From: Cylindrospermopsis raciborskii Cr2010
Lineage (GTDB): Bacteria > Cyanobacteriota > Cyanobacteriia > Cyanobacteriales > Nostocaceae
Direction: 5' to 3'
NCBI RefSeq assembly: GCF_003367075.2
Contig: NZ_CP065936.1
Coordinates: 3,060,001-3,092,000 of the forward strand
Length of the DNA stretch: 32,000 nt
The position numbers were made by a program, and so were the translations under genes. The stretch's first letter is position 1, and every line of letters starts with the position of its first letter. Shown in pieces: positions 1 to 9,715 of the stretch. The notes under the pieces are model-generated. The model ran no database searches, was not told where the DNA came from, and worked only from the letters and a program-made list of their open reading frames with translations.

Positions 1-803
1 CTGTATTCAATTTCCTTTCCAGAGGAAAGTTAAATATCAATGGTGAATTAAATAATCTCATCCCCACAGGAAGTATTAGATTATTTAGAGGAGGAGTAAA
101 TTTATTTACCACTCAATTTAATTTGATACGTAACTATGAGCACACCGCCACTTTTAGGGAGTTCAAACCCCGCATTCCTGAATTAGATGTGAAACTTTTT
201 GCCAAGGTATTGGATGGGATCAAGACTACAGATCTAACCAGAGAGATTTCTACAGGATTATCCAAGTTAGAAACTATTCGGATAGAAGCACGGGTTAAGG
301 GTTATGCAGATCAGTTGAATGATAATCTGGAAATGAAAAGTATTCCCTCCCGCTCCCAAACGGAAATTATTACTTTGCTCGGGGGATTAGGAAGTGAATT
401 TGCTGATAACCAATCGCGTGGTGACACCACATTTGGTTTGATTAATATTGCTGGATCTGCTGTGGCAAATTATTTACAAATGGGGTTTAATTTTATTCGG
501 GATGCTATTGGATTAAGCGAGTTACGGGTTTTTCCTACGGTTCTATCTCAGAAACCACAATCTAATAGAACTAATTCCAGTTTCATTAATTCAACTTTAA
601 CTAATTCAACGGTGGAATTGGCTTTGGAAGCTGGTATGGATATCTTTGACAAGTTTTCTTTCTCAACTATTAAAATTATTACTACTCAGGATCCTTTACA
701 ATGGGGTTTTAACTATAGACTAGACGATAATTTACGCCTTCGTGGGTCTAGTAATTTCACAGATGATACTCGTGGAGTAGTTGAGTTTGAAAGAAGATTT
801 TAA
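1..803 (+). CDS. 5'-partial CDS: C-terminal part of a TamB/DUF490-like translocation-and-assembly-module protein
   Basis: The reading frame is open from the window edge, with codons in phase with nt 3. The TTG at 123 in the ORF track is only the first start-like codon. Stop is TAA 801-803. The C-terminus ...PLQWGFNYRLDDNLRLRGSSNFTDDTRGVVEFERRF has the alternating beta-strand pattern and terminal aromatic residue I associate with DUF490/TamB C-termini. The family call is from memory, not a search. Confidence 0.55.
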   Translation, partial: VFNFLSRGKLNINGELNNLIPTGSIRLFRGGVNLFTTQFNLIRNYEHTATFREFKPRIPELDVKLFAKVLDGIKTTDLTREISTGLSKLETIRIEARVKGYADQLNDNLEMKSIPSRSQTEIITLLGGLGSEFADNQSRGDTTFGLINIAGSAVANYLQMGFNFIRDAIGLSELRVFPTVLSQKPQSNRTNSSFINSTLTNSTVELALEAGMDIFDKFSFSTIKIITTQDPLQWGFNYRLDDNLRLRGSSNFTDDTRGVVEFERRF

Positions 804-1714
804 CGCTCTCGGGTAATTCCTATCTGTAAATAGGATAACCCTAGAATGATCAGGAATAGGACTAAACCAATAGTACAAGCGTACGTCAACTGTAGATTAC
901 TAAATGCTTGCTCATATAAGTAATAAACAATTGTTTTGGAGCTATTGATAGGTCCACCACCAGTCATAATGTAAACTTCTTCAAAAACTTTAGTAGCGGA
1001 AATAGCGGAAATAACTGCTACTAGAGCTAAATAGGGACGCATTAGGGGAATAGTAATGTCTATATGTTGACGAATACCTTCAGAACCGTCAATAGCAGCA
1101 GCTTCATAAATGTCTTCGGGAATAGATTGTAAACCAGCTAGATAAATAACCATGTAATATCCCAAACCCTTCCAAATAGTCACAACCATAACGCTGGCCA
1201 GGGAAATGGGCACAATTCCTAAGATTTTATCTGGACTGGTTAACCAGGGAATCCCATCGGGAAAGATACCCAAGGTTTTGATTAATTGATTTAATAAACC
1301 ATTTTCTGCATATAACCATTTCCAAGCAATACCAGCAACTACCATGGAAATTACTACGGGTGTGTAATAAGCAGTTCTAAACCAACTCATTCCCCGTAAT
1401 TTTTGATTCACTAAAATTGCTAAAATTAAGGGTAGAATAACTAGAATTGGTACAACTCCCACCAGGTAAACAATAGTATTAACTAGGGTTAGCCAGAACA
1501 CAGGATCATACCATAACCGAACAAAGTTGTCAATACCTATAAATTTGGGGGACTCCCCAATATCTTGATAGGTGGTAAAACTCAGGTAAAAAGCTTGCAG
1601 TGCAGGTACAAAAACGGTTAAGCTTAGCAAAAACAAAGCAGGTATTAAAAAGAAGTAGGGGGTCAGTTTTTGTTTGATTCTATTCCAGGTTTTGAATGTT
1701 AGTTGATTGGTCAT
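800..1714 (-). CDS. ABC transporter permease, carbohydrate type (MalF/UgpA-like binding-protein-dependent inner-membrane component)
   Basis: 304-aa ORF with about 6 hydrophobic helices. It carries the EAA-loop motif EAAAIDGSEGIRQHIDITIPLMRP typical of this permease family. No partner permease, ATPase or binding-protein gene is adjacent. Confidence 0.85.
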   Translation of the reverse strand: MTNQLTFKTWNRIKQKLTPYFFLIPALFLLSLTVFVPALQAFYLSFTTYQDIGESPKFIGIDNFVRLWYDPVFWLTLVNTIVYLVGVVPILVILPLILAILVNQKLRGMSWFRTAYYTPVVISMVVAGIAWKWLYAENGLLNQLIKTLGIFPDGIPWLTSPDKILGIVPISLASVMVVTIWKGLGYYMVIYLAGLQSIPEDIYEAAAIDGSEGIRQHIDITIPLMRPYLALVAVISAISATKVFEEVYIMTGGGPINSSKTIVYYLYEQAFSNLQLTYACTIGLVLFLIILGLSYLQIGITRER

Positions 1715-1938
1715 GGCTTTGTTACTATTGTTGATCAGGATTTAACTATGTTTAAGTTTCCTATAGGTTTTGTATAGATTTCCGATTCTGAATTAATTGT
1801 AGTAAGATTTAATCGCAGTGATGCTGATTAGATGAGGAATAGATTGATTCATTGACATTGATATAGTAATCACTAAAAGAGTTAGCTGCTTAACTTACCA
1901 TTATTTCCCAGATAGATCCCAACAATCCTGAAATCCAC

Positions 1939-3708
1939 ATGTCGCAATTAAGAGATTCTCTGCGTCGCACCAAAATCGTTGCTACCATCGGACCTGCTAC
2001 CAGCAGTCCAGAAATGCTAAAAGCGATTATTGAAGCTGGAGCAACCACTCTAAGATTAAATTTTTCCCATGGGACTCACGCTGATCATCAGCGTAGCATC
2101 CGTTTGATTAGACAAACTGCTTTTGAGTTAAACAGACCAGTAGCAATCTTGCAAGATTTACAAGGACCTAAAATTCGTCTAGGTAAATTTGATAATGGTT
2201 TTATCATGCTATCTAAAGGCGATCGCTTTACTCTAACAAATCGTCCAGTAGTGGGGAATGAAGAAATTAGCTGTGTCACCTATGATTATCTAGCAGAGGA
2301 AGTGCCAATTGGGTCAAAAATTCTCCTTGATGATGGTCGAGTAGAAATGGTGGTGGAAGAAATTAACCGTGACAAAGGAGATTTACATTGTCGAGTCACA
2401 GTTGCGGGTAAACTTTCTAACAACAAGGGGGTCAACTTTCCCGGAGTGTATTTGTCTATTAAAGCCATGACCGATAAGGATCGAGAGGATCTGATGTTTG
2501 GTTTAGACCAGGGAGTGGATTGGGTGGCTTTGTCCTTTGTGCGTAACCCCCAAGACATTATAGAAATCAAAGAGTTAATTTCCAGCACTGGTAAGAATGT
2601 GCCCGTAGTTGCCAAGATAGAGAAACACGAAGCCATAGAACAAATGGAAGAAGTTCTTTCCTTGTGTGATGGAGTAATGGTTGCTAGGGGTGATTTAGGG
2701 GTAGAACTACCTGCAGAAGATGTTCCCGTACTACAAAAGCGATTAATTGCCACGGCTAACCGTTTAGGCATTCCTATTATCACTGCTACTCAAATGTTAG
2801 ATAGCATGGTCAGTAATCCTCGTCCAACTCGTGCTGAAGTGTCCGACGTTGCCAACGCGATTTTAGATGGTACAGATGCGGTAATGCTTTCCAATGAGAC
2901 GGCGGTAGGTAACTATCCGGTAGAAGCAGTAGCTACTATGGCTAGAATAGCAGAGCGTATTGAACAGGAACAGATAAATACCAGTTCCCGTCTAGGAACA
3001 GATGATAAACGTTCTATTCCTAATGCTATTAGTCAAGCTGTGGGACAGATTGCTGAGAACTTAGGTGCAGCAGCAATCATGACCTTGACCCAAACGGGAG
3101 CAACTGCGCGTAATGTTTCTAAATACCGTCCTAAAACGCCCATTTTAGCTATCACACCTCATGTAAACGTAGCCAGACAATTACAAATGGTTTGGGGTGT
3201 TAGACCTTTACTCGTATTGGACTTACCTTCCACCGGTCAAACATTCCAAGCTGCCATTAACGTAGCTCAAGAAAAAAGGCTCTTGAGTGAGGGGGATTTA
3301 GTTGTAATGACTGCTGGTACATTGCAGGGAGTTTCTGGGTCTACAGACCTAATTAAAGTGGAAGTAGTCACAGCTATATTAGGTCAAGGAATTGGTTTAG
3401 GACAGGGTTCTGTTAGTGGTCGTGCAAGAGTGGTGCGCAATGGTATAGACGCGACCAATTTCAGCCAAGGAGATATTTTAGTAGCATCCAGCACCGGAGC
3501 AGGTTGTGTGGAAGCAATCCGTAAGGCTAGTGGTATTATTACGGAGGAGGAGAGTTTGAATAGTCATGCTGCTGTAATTGGATTGAGATTAGGAGTACCA
3601 GTAATAGTGGGTGTCAAGCAAGCGACCCAAGTAATAAAAGATGGGACAATTTTGACCTTAGATATGCAGCGGGGATTAGTCTATTCTGGTGCGGTGGGTA
3701 CAAGGTGA
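1939..3708 (+). CDS. pyk: Pyruvate kinase with C-terminal PEP-utilising-enzyme mobile-domain-like extension
   Basis: 589-aa ORF with pyruvate kinase motifs TKIVATIGPAT, LNFSHG, MVARGDLGVELP and VMLSNETA. A C-terminal extension of about 110 aa (GIITEEESLNSHAAVIGLRLGVPVIVG) resembles the swivelling phosphohistidine domain seen on some bacterial and cyanobacterial PKs. Confidence 0.95.
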   Translation: MSQLRDSLRRTKIVATIGPATSSPEMLKAIIEAGATTLRLNFSHGTHADHQRSIRLIRQTAFELNRPVAILQDLQGPKIRLGKFDNGFIMLSKGDRFTLTNRPVVGNEEISCVTYDYLAEEVPIGSKILLDDGRVEMVVEEINRDKGDLHCRVTVAGKLSNNKGVNFPGVYLSIKAMTDKDREDLMFGLDQGVDWVALSFVRNPQDIIEIKELISSTGKNVPVVAKIEKHEAIEQMEEVLSLCDGVMVARGDLGVELPAEDVPVLQKRLIATANRLGIPIITATQMLDSMVSNPRPTRAEVSDVANAILDGTDAVMLSNETAVGNYPVEAVATMARIAERIEQEQINTSSRLGTDDKRSIPNAISQAVGQIAENLGAAAIMTLTQTGATARNVSKYRPKTPILAITPHVNVARQLQMVWGVRPLLVLDLPSTGQTFQAAINVAQEKRLLSEGDLVVMTAGTLQGVSGSTDLIKVEVVTAILGQGIGLGQGSVSGRARVVRNGIDATNFSQGDILVASSTGAGCVEAIRKASGIITEEESLNSHAAVIGLRLGVPVIVGVKQATQVIKDGTILTLDMQRGLVYSGAVGTR

Positions 3709-3752
3709 ACATGCTCTATTACAATTCTAAGAAATTGGACTAATCATTACAG

Positions 3753-4850
3753 ATGAGCCAAGAAGTAAACCTAAAAAACTTGCCTTTGGGGATAAACACG
3801 CTGGACAAACTGCGTGGTAGTGACTGTGTCTATGTGGACAAAACGCATTTGGCATTAAAACTGATTAAACAACCTGGTGCGTTTTTTTTGTCACGACCAA
3901 GACGCTTTGGCAAAAGTCTATTCAAGGACATCACTATTAGCGAAGCTTACTCATCCATCTGTGGTTATACTGAAACCGATCTGCGAGAGTCCTTCGGTGA
4001 CCACCTTGAGGGAGTAGATTGGGATGCACTGCGCCATTGGTACAATGGTTATAATTGGACAGGTTCAGAGACTGTTTATAACCCCTACGATATCCTCCTC
4101 TTCATTAGCGAAGGCATGAGATTTCGTAATTACTGGTTTGAAACGGGTAGTCCCAGCTTTTTACTCAAACTGTTCCAGAAGGAGCGGTATTTCCTACCTA
4201 ATTTGGAGGGAATGGAGGTAACGGAGGAAATACTTGATTCCTTTGATGTGGAGCAGATTAACCCAGTGACCCTCCTGTTTCAGTCTGGTTATCTGACCAT
4301 TAAGGACACATTTACAGATATCAACCAAATAGTGTTTTGCTTGGGTATACCCAATATGGAGGTGAAGATTGCCCTCAACAACCAGTTTATCAACGCCTAT
4401 ACCAAATTAGTAAACGAAAAATTAGGTGTACAAAGACTGATACATACCCAACTGAGTTCTGGAGATGTAGAAGGCTTAGTCAGCACCATCAAGCGATTAT
4501 TTGCCTCCATTCCTTGGCGGAATTTCACTAATAACGACCTAGCGGATTTTGAAGGATATTATACTTCTGTGATTTACGCCTTCCTCAGTTCCTTGGATGC
4601 TCGAGTGATTCCAGAAGATATCACTAATCATGGTCAGTCGGACTTAACTGTTATGGTGGAGGGACACATTTATGTGATGGAAATCAAGGTGGTAGAGGGG
4701 AATCAAGTCCGGGATAATGCAGCACTTGACCAAATCCTCCAGCGAAACTATGCTGAAAAATACCGTGGGGAACCGGGAAAATCTGTCCATGAAATTGGTT
4801 TGATATTTAGTCGCAGCCAAAGGGATCTTATACAAGCGAACTGGCAATAA
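3753..4850 (+). CDS. Array copy 1 (A-del-P): internally deleted DUF1703-type paralog that keeps the P-loop and the PD-(D/E)XK domain but lacks the ATPase core
   Basis: 365-aa ORF. The N-terminus MSQEV...SRPRRFGKSLF is joined directly to KDITISEAYSSICGYTE at nt 3922/3923. Relative to full-length copies, 468 bp (156 codons) are missing in frame, including Walker B VLVDEYD. It carries private substitutions not seen in other copies (EGMEV, YYTSVIY, VEGH, RDLIQANWQ). It may be a decaying or nuclease-only derivative. Confidence 0.7.
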   Translation: MSQEVNLKNLPLGINTLDKLRGSDCVYVDKTHLALKLIKQPGAFFLSRPRRFGKSLFKDITISEAYSSICGYTETDLRESFGDHLEGVDWDALRHWYNGYNWTGSETVYNPYDILLFISEGMRFRNYWFETGSPSFLLKLFQKERYFLPNLEGMEVTEEILDSFDVEQINPVTLLFQSGYLTIKDTFTDINQIVFCLGIPNMEVKIALNNQFINAYTKLVNEKLGVQRLIHTQLSSGDVEGLVSTIKRLFASIPWRNFTNNDLADFEGYYTSVIYAFLSSLDARVIPEDITNHGQSDLTVMVEGHIYVMEIKVVEGNQVRDNAALDQILQRNYAEKYRGEPGKSVHEIGLIFSRSQRDLIQANWQ

Positions 4851-4908
4851 GTCTGGTTAAGAATTGACCTGCTCTAATAAGAGCCTAATATATTGGATTA
4901 ATCACTAC

Positions 4909-6477
4909 ATGATGAGCCAAGAAGTAGACGTAAAAAACTTGCCGTTAGGGATAAATACGCTAGACAAAATGCGTGGTAGTAACTGTGTCTATGTGGACAA
5001 AACGAGTTTCGCATTAAGATTAATTAAACAACCTGGAGCGTTCTTTCTGTCACGACCAAGACGCTTTGGCAAAAGTCTATTTGTGGATACTCTGAAGGAG
5101 ATATTCGAGGGGAATGAAAAATTGTTTGAGGGACTCTATATTCATGACAAATGGGACTGGAGTCGTAAATTCCCAGTAATTAAGATTGATTTTGCGGATG
5201 GAGTATTAAAAAACCGGGAAGAGTTGGATAAACGTGTATTAGACCTTTTGCGCAAGAATGCGGAGCGCCTGGGAGTATCCTACGAGTCAAATGATATACC
5301 AGGGAAATTTGGAACCCTGATTGGGGAAGCAGTGGCTAAATATGGTACTAGAGCAGTAGTATTGGTAGATGAATACGACAAACCAATCCTCGATAATATA
5401 GATAACCCAAATATCGCCGCTGAAATGCGAGAGGGACTGAAAAACCTTTACTCAGTGTTGAAGGGTCAAGATGCCAACCTCCAGTTCGTGTTTATGACTG
5501 GAGTCACTAAGTTTTCTAAGGTCAGCCTATTTAGTGGAATTAATCAACTAACGGACATCACCATTGATAAACAATACTCATCCATCTGTGGTTATACTGA
5601 AACCGACCTGCGGGAGTCCTTCGGTGACCACCTTGAGGGAGTAGATTTTGACCAAGTGCGCAATTGGTACAATGGTTATAATTGGACAGGATCGGAGACT
5701 GTTTATAATCCCTATGACATCTTGCTGTTTATTGGAAAAGGCCAAGTTTTCCGTAACTACTGGTTTGAAACGGGTAGTCCCAGCTTTCTACTCAAACTGT
5801 TCCAGAAGGAGCGTTATTTCCTACCCAATTTGGAGGGAATCGAGGTAACGGAGGAAATACTTGATTCCTTTGATGTGGAGCAGATTAACCCAGTGACCCT
5901 CCTGTTTCAGTCTGGTTATCTGACCATTAAGGACACATTTACAGATATCAACCAAATAGTGTTTTGCTTGGGTATACCCAATATGGAGGTGAAGATTGCC
6001 CTCAACAACCAGTTTATCAACGCCTATACCAAATTAGTAAACGAAAAGTTAGGTGTACAAAGACTGATACATACCCAACTGAGTTCTGGAGATGTAGAAG
6101 GCTTAGTCAGCACCATCAAGCGATTATTTGCCTCCATTCCTTGGCGGAATTTCACTAATAATGACCTAGCGGATTTTGAAGGATATTATGCCTCTGTGAT
6201 TTACGCCTTCTTGAGTTCCTTGGATGCTCGAGTGATTCCAGAAGATATCACTAATCATGGTCAGTCGGACTTAACTGTTATGGTGGGGGGACACATCTAT
6301 GTGATGGAAATCAAGGTGGTAGAGGGGAATCAAGTCCGGGATAATGCAGCACTTGACCAAATCCTCCAGCGAAACTATGCTGAAAAATACCGTGGGGAAC
6401 CGGGAAAATCTGTCCATGAAATTGGTTTGATATTTAGTCGCAGCCAACGGAATCTTATACAAGCGGACTGGCACTGA
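4909..6477 (+). CDS. Array copy 2 (A-X-P): AAA-ATPase_like (PF09820-type) + PD-(D/E)XK PDDEXK_9 (PF08011-type) protein
   Basis: Motifs YVDKT, SRPRRFGKS (P-loop), VVLVDEYD (Walker B), FVFMTGV, DLADFEGYY, GQSD...YVMEIKV (D...ExK). The start is taken at ATG 4909 (or 4912, MSQEV, matching copy 1). The TTG at 4864 used by the ORF track lies inside a promoter-like TTGACC and adds 15 non-conserved residues. Confidence 0.85.
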   Translation: MMSQEVDVKNLPLGINTLDKMRGSNCVYVDKTSFALRLIKQPGAFFLSRPRRFGKSLFVDTLKEIFEGNEKLFEGLYIHDKWDWSRKFPVIKIDFADGVLKNREELDKRVLDLLRKNAERLGVSYESNDIPGKFGTLIGEAVAKYGTRAVVLVDEYDKPILDNIDNPNIAAEMREGLKNLYSVLKGQDANLQFVFMTGVTKFSKVSLFSGINQLTDITIDKQYSSICGYTETDLRESFGDHLEGVDFDQVRNWYNGYNWTGSETVYNPYDILLFIGKGQVFRNYWFETGSPSFLLKLFQKERYFLPNLEGIEVTEEILDSFDVEQINPVTLLFQSGYLTIKDTFTDINQIVFCLGIPNMEVKIALNNQFINAYTKLVNEKLGVQRLIHTQLSSGDVEGLVSTIKRLFASIPWRNFTNNDLADFEGYYASVIYAFLSSLDARVIPEDITNHGQSDLTVMVGGHIYVMEIKVVEGNQVRDNAALDQILQRNYAEKYRGEPGKSVHEIGLIFSRSQRNLIQADWH

Positions 6478-6513
6478 ATTTTGACTTTGCAATAATTGCA
6501 ATAATGGGGTGTT

Positions 6514-8067
6514 ATGAATTTACAAAATTTGCCCTTGGGGATCAATACCCTGAGTGTGTTGCGTGAAAACAATTGTGTCTATGTAGATAAAACAAAGTTG
6601 GCTTACCATCTTATCCGGATTGCGGGAAGATTTTTTCTGTCACGACCAAGACGCTTTGGCAAAAGTCTATTTGTGGATACCCTGAAGGAGATATTCGAGG
6701 GGAATGAAAAATTGTTTGAGGGGCTCTATATTCATGACAAATGGGACTGGAGTCGTAAATTCCCAGTAATTAAGATTGATTTTGCGGATGGGGTATTAAA
6801 AAACCGGGAAGAGTTGGATAAACGTGTATTAGACCTTTTGCGCAAGAATGCGGAGCGCCTGGGAGTATCCTACGAGTCAAATGATATACCAGGGAAATTT
6901 GGAACCCTGATTGGGGAAGCAGTGGCTAAATATGGTACTAGAGCAGTAGTACTGGTAGATGAATACGACAAACCAATCCTCGATAATATAGACAATCCAA
7001 ATATCGCCGCTGAAATGCGAGAGGGACTGAAAAACCTTTACTCAGTGCTAAAGGGTCAAGATGCCAACCTCCAGTTCGTGTTTATGACTGGAGTCACTAA
7101 GTTCTCCAACGTCAGCCTATTTAGTGGGATTAATCAACTAACGGACATCACCATTAATAACCAATACTCATCCATCTGTGGTTATACTGAAACCGACCTG
7201 CGGGAGTCCTTCGGTGACCACCTTGAGGGAGTAGATTTTGACCAAGTGCGCAATTGGTACAATGGTTATAATTGGACAGGATCGGAGACTGTTTATAATC
7301 CCTATGACATCTTGCTGTTTATTGGAAAAGGCCAAGTTTTCCGTAACTACTGGTTTGAAACGGGTAGTCCCAGCTTTCTACTCAAACTGTTCCAGAAGGA
7401 GCGTTATTTCCTACCCAATTTGGAGGGAATCGAGGTAACGGAGGAAATACTTGATTCCTTTGATGTGGAGCAGATTAACCCAGTGACCCTCCTGTTTCAG
7501 TCTGGTTATCTGACCATTAAGGACACATTTACAGATATCAACCAAATAGTGTTTTGCTTGGGTATACCCAATATGGAGGTGAAGATTGCCCTCAACAACC
7601 AGTTTATCAACGCCTATACCAAATTAGTAAACGAAAAGTTAGGTGTACAAAGACTGATACATACCCAACTGAGTTCTGGAGATGTAGAAGGCTTAGTCAG
7701 CACCATCAAGCGATTATTTGCCTCCATTCCTTGGCGGAATTTCACTAATAACGACCTAGCGGATTTTGAAGGATATTATGCTTCTGTGATTTACGCCTTC
7801 CTCAGTTCCTTGGATGCTCGAGTGATTCCAGAAGATATCACTAATCATGGTCAGTCGGACTTAACTGTTATGGTGGGGGGACACATCTATGTGATGGAAA
7901 TCAAGGTGGTAGAGGGGAATCAAGTCCGGGATAATGCAGCACTTGACCAAATCCTCCAGCGAAACTATGCTGAAAAATACCGTGGGGAACCGGGAAAATC
8001 TGTCCATGAAATTGGTTTGATATTTAGTCGCAGCCAACGGAATCTTATACAAGCGGACTGGCACTGA
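6514..8067 (+). CDS. Array copy 3 (B-X-P): AAA-ATPase_like + PD-(D/E)XK (PDDEXK_9) protein
   Basis: 517-aa ORF with the same motif set as copy 2. B-type N-terminus MNLQNLPLGINTLSVLRENNCVYVDKTKLAYHLIRIAGRFF. From about nt 6640 it matches copy 2 at an offset of 1590 bp with scattered SNPs. Confidence 0.87.
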   Translation: MNLQNLPLGINTLSVLRENNCVYVDKTKLAYHLIRIAGRFFLSRPRRFGKSLFVDTLKEIFEGNEKLFEGLYIHDKWDWSRKFPVIKIDFADGVLKNREELDKRVLDLLRKNAERLGVSYESNDIPGKFGTLIGEAVAKYGTRAVVLVDEYDKPILDNIDNPNIAAEMREGLKNLYSVLKGQDANLQFVFMTGVTKFSNVSLFSGINQLTDITINNQYSSICGYTETDLRESFGDHLEGVDFDQVRNWYNGYNWTGSETVYNPYDILLFIGKGQVFRNYWFETGSPSFLLKLFQKERYFLPNLEGIEVTEEILDSFDVEQINPVTLLFQSGYLTIKDTFTDINQIVFCLGIPNMEVKIALNNQFINAYTKLVNEKLGVQRLIHTQLSSGDVEGLVSTIKRLFASIPWRNFTNNDLADFEGYYASVIYAFLSSLDARVIPEDITNHGQSDLTVMVGGHIYVMEIKVVEGNQVRDNAALDQILQRNYAEKYRGEPGKSVHEIGLIFSRSQRNLIQADWH

Positions 8068-8103
8068 ATTTTGACTTTGCAATAATTGCAATAATGGGGT
8101 GTT

Positions 8104-9657
8104 ATGAATTTACAAAATTTGCCCTTGGGGATCAATACCCTGAGCGTGTTGCGTGAAAACAATTGTGTCTATGTAGATAAAACAAAGTTGGCTTACCATC
8201 TTATCCGGATTGCAGGAAGATTCTTTTTGTCGCGACCAAGACGCTTTGGCAAAAGTCTATTTGTGGATACCCTGAAAGAGATATTCGAGGGGAATGAAAA
8301 ATTGTTTGAGGGGCTCTATATTCATGACAAATGGGACTGGAGTCGTAAATTCCCAGTAATTAAGATTGATTTTGCTGGTGGTGTGCTCAGAAACCGGGAG
8401 GAGCTGGACAAAAAAATTAATGGTATGCTGTTGAAAACCACAAAGTCCTTGAGGATTAACTGCGAACTGGACGATATTCAAGGACGTTTTGGAGAAATCA
8501 TCGCTGGTGCAAGGGAGCAGTTTGGTGAAAGGGTGGTGGTGCTGGTAGATGAATACGACAAACCAATTCTCGATAATATAGATAAACCAAATATCGCCGC
8601 TGAAATGCGAGAGGGACTGAAAAACTTTTACTCAGTGTTGAAGAGTCAAGATGCCAACCTCCAGTTCGTGTTTATGACTGGAGTCACTAAGTTTTCCAAG
8701 GTCAGCCTATTTAGTGGGATTAATCAACTCAAGGACATCACTATTAGCGAAGCTTACTCATCCATCTGTGGTTATACTGAAACCGACCTGCGAGAGTCCT
8801 TCGGTGACCACCTTGAGGGAGTAGATTTTGACCAAGTGCGCAATTGGTACAATGGTTATAATTGGACAGGTTCAGAGACTGTTTATAACCCCTACGATAT
8901 CCTCCTCTTCATTAGTGAAGGTATGAGATTTCGCAACTACTGGTTTGAGACGGGTAGTCCCACATTCCTAGTCAAGTTGTTTCAAACCAATCGCTATTTC
9001 CTTCCCAACCTGGAACATTTGGAGGTTACAGAGGAGATATTGGAATCCTTTGAAGTAGAAAAGATTAATCCAGTTACCTTGTTGTTTCAATCAGGGTATT
9101 TGACTATTGAACGAACCTTTACCCGTCGCCAACGCTACATGTTTGCACTGAAAATTCCCAACTTGGAAGTTCGTCTGGCATTGAATGACCAGTTTATTAA
9201 CGCCTATACGGAAAATGTGAACGAAAAGAGTGGGATTCAAGACTCTCTATACGAGTTTATGAATAGAGGGGATGTGGAATCAATGATTATGGCAATTAAG
9301 AGATTGTTTGCGGGTATTCCCTGGCGGAATTTCACTAATAATGACCTAGCGGATTTTGAAGGATATTATGCCTCTGTGATTTACGCCTTCTTGAGTTCCT
9401 TAGATGCTAGAGTTATCCCGGAGGACATTAGCAACTATGGTCAAGCGGATATAACCACCATGCTTGGAGCCCATATCTATGTGATGGAAATCAAGGTGGT
9501 AGAGGGGAATCAAGTCCAGGGAAATCCAGCACTTGACCAAATCCTCCAGCGAAACTATGCTGAAAAATACCGTGGGGAACCGGGAAAATCTGTCCATGAG
9601 ATTGGTTTGATATTTAGTCGCAGCCAACAAAATCTTATACAAGCGGACTGGCAATAA
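8104..9657 (+). CDS. Array copy 4 (B-Y-Q): AAA-ATPase_like + PD-(D/E)XK (PDDEXK_9) protein
   Basis: 517-aa ORF with all catalytic motifs intact. Y mid cassette (ELDKKINGMLLKTTKSLRINCELDDIQGR). Q C-half cassette (TFLVKLFQTNRYF...SNYGQADITTMLGAH). Confidence 0.87.
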   Translation: MNLQNLPLGINTLSVLRENNCVYVDKTKLAYHLIRIAGRFFLSRPRRFGKSLFVDTLKEIFEGNEKLFEGLYIHDKWDWSRKFPVIKIDFAGGVLRNREELDKKINGMLLKTTKSLRINCELDDIQGRFGEIIAGAREQFGERVVVLVDEYDKPILDNIDKPNIAAEMREGLKNFYSVLKSQDANLQFVFMTGVTKFSKVSLFSGINQLKDITISEAYSSICGYTETDLRESFGDHLEGVDFDQVRNWYNGYNWTGSETVYNPYDILLFISEGMRFRNYWFETGSPTFLVKLFQTNRYFLPNLEHLEVTEEILESFEVEKINPVTLLFQSGYLTIERTFTRRQRYMFALKIPNLEVRLALNDQFINAYTENVNEKSGIQDSLYEFMNRGDVESMIMAIKRLFAGIPWRNFTNNDLADFEGYYASVIYAFLSSLDARVIPEDISNYGQADITTMLGAHIYVMEIKVVEGNQVQGNPALDQILQRNYAEKYRGEPGKSVHEIGLIFSRSQQNLIQADWQ

Positions 9658-9715
9658 GTCTGGTTAAGAATTGACCTGCTCTAATAAGAGCCTAATATAT
9701 TGGATTAATCACTAC

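Noticed and set aside
800-803. Convergent genes sharing palindromic overlapping stop codons (TTAA at 800-803; CTAG at 23714-23717)
   Set aside because: The overlaps are real in the sequence. A 4-bp stop-stop overlap is a common consequence of compact genomes and palindromic stop tetramers, so no functional claim is justified.
2088-2783. Antisense ORFs within pyk (2088-2279 and 2286-2783)
   Set aside because: They are fully embedded opposite a confidently identified pyruvate kinase gene. Their Ser/Thr/Arg-rich composition is typical of antisense frames.
4864-4908. The 537-aa versions of copies 2, 5 and 6 in the ORF track, starting at TTG 4864, 9671 and 11298 (MTCSNKSLIYWINHY...)
   Set aside because: The extension has no counterpart in copy 1 or the B-type copies. 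It begins inside the spacer's TTGACC hexamer and is followed by tandem ATGs that align with the MSQEV start of copy 1. It is most likely an ORF-finder over-extension.
6478-6513. TTGACT in the B-type spacers as a -35 element of an internal promoter
   Set aside because: The only -10-like sequence at suitable spacing is TAATGG, which is poor and lacks the invariant final T. It would also overlap the ribosome-binding region 8 nt from the ATG. This is weaker than the A-spacer motif, so it is not called.
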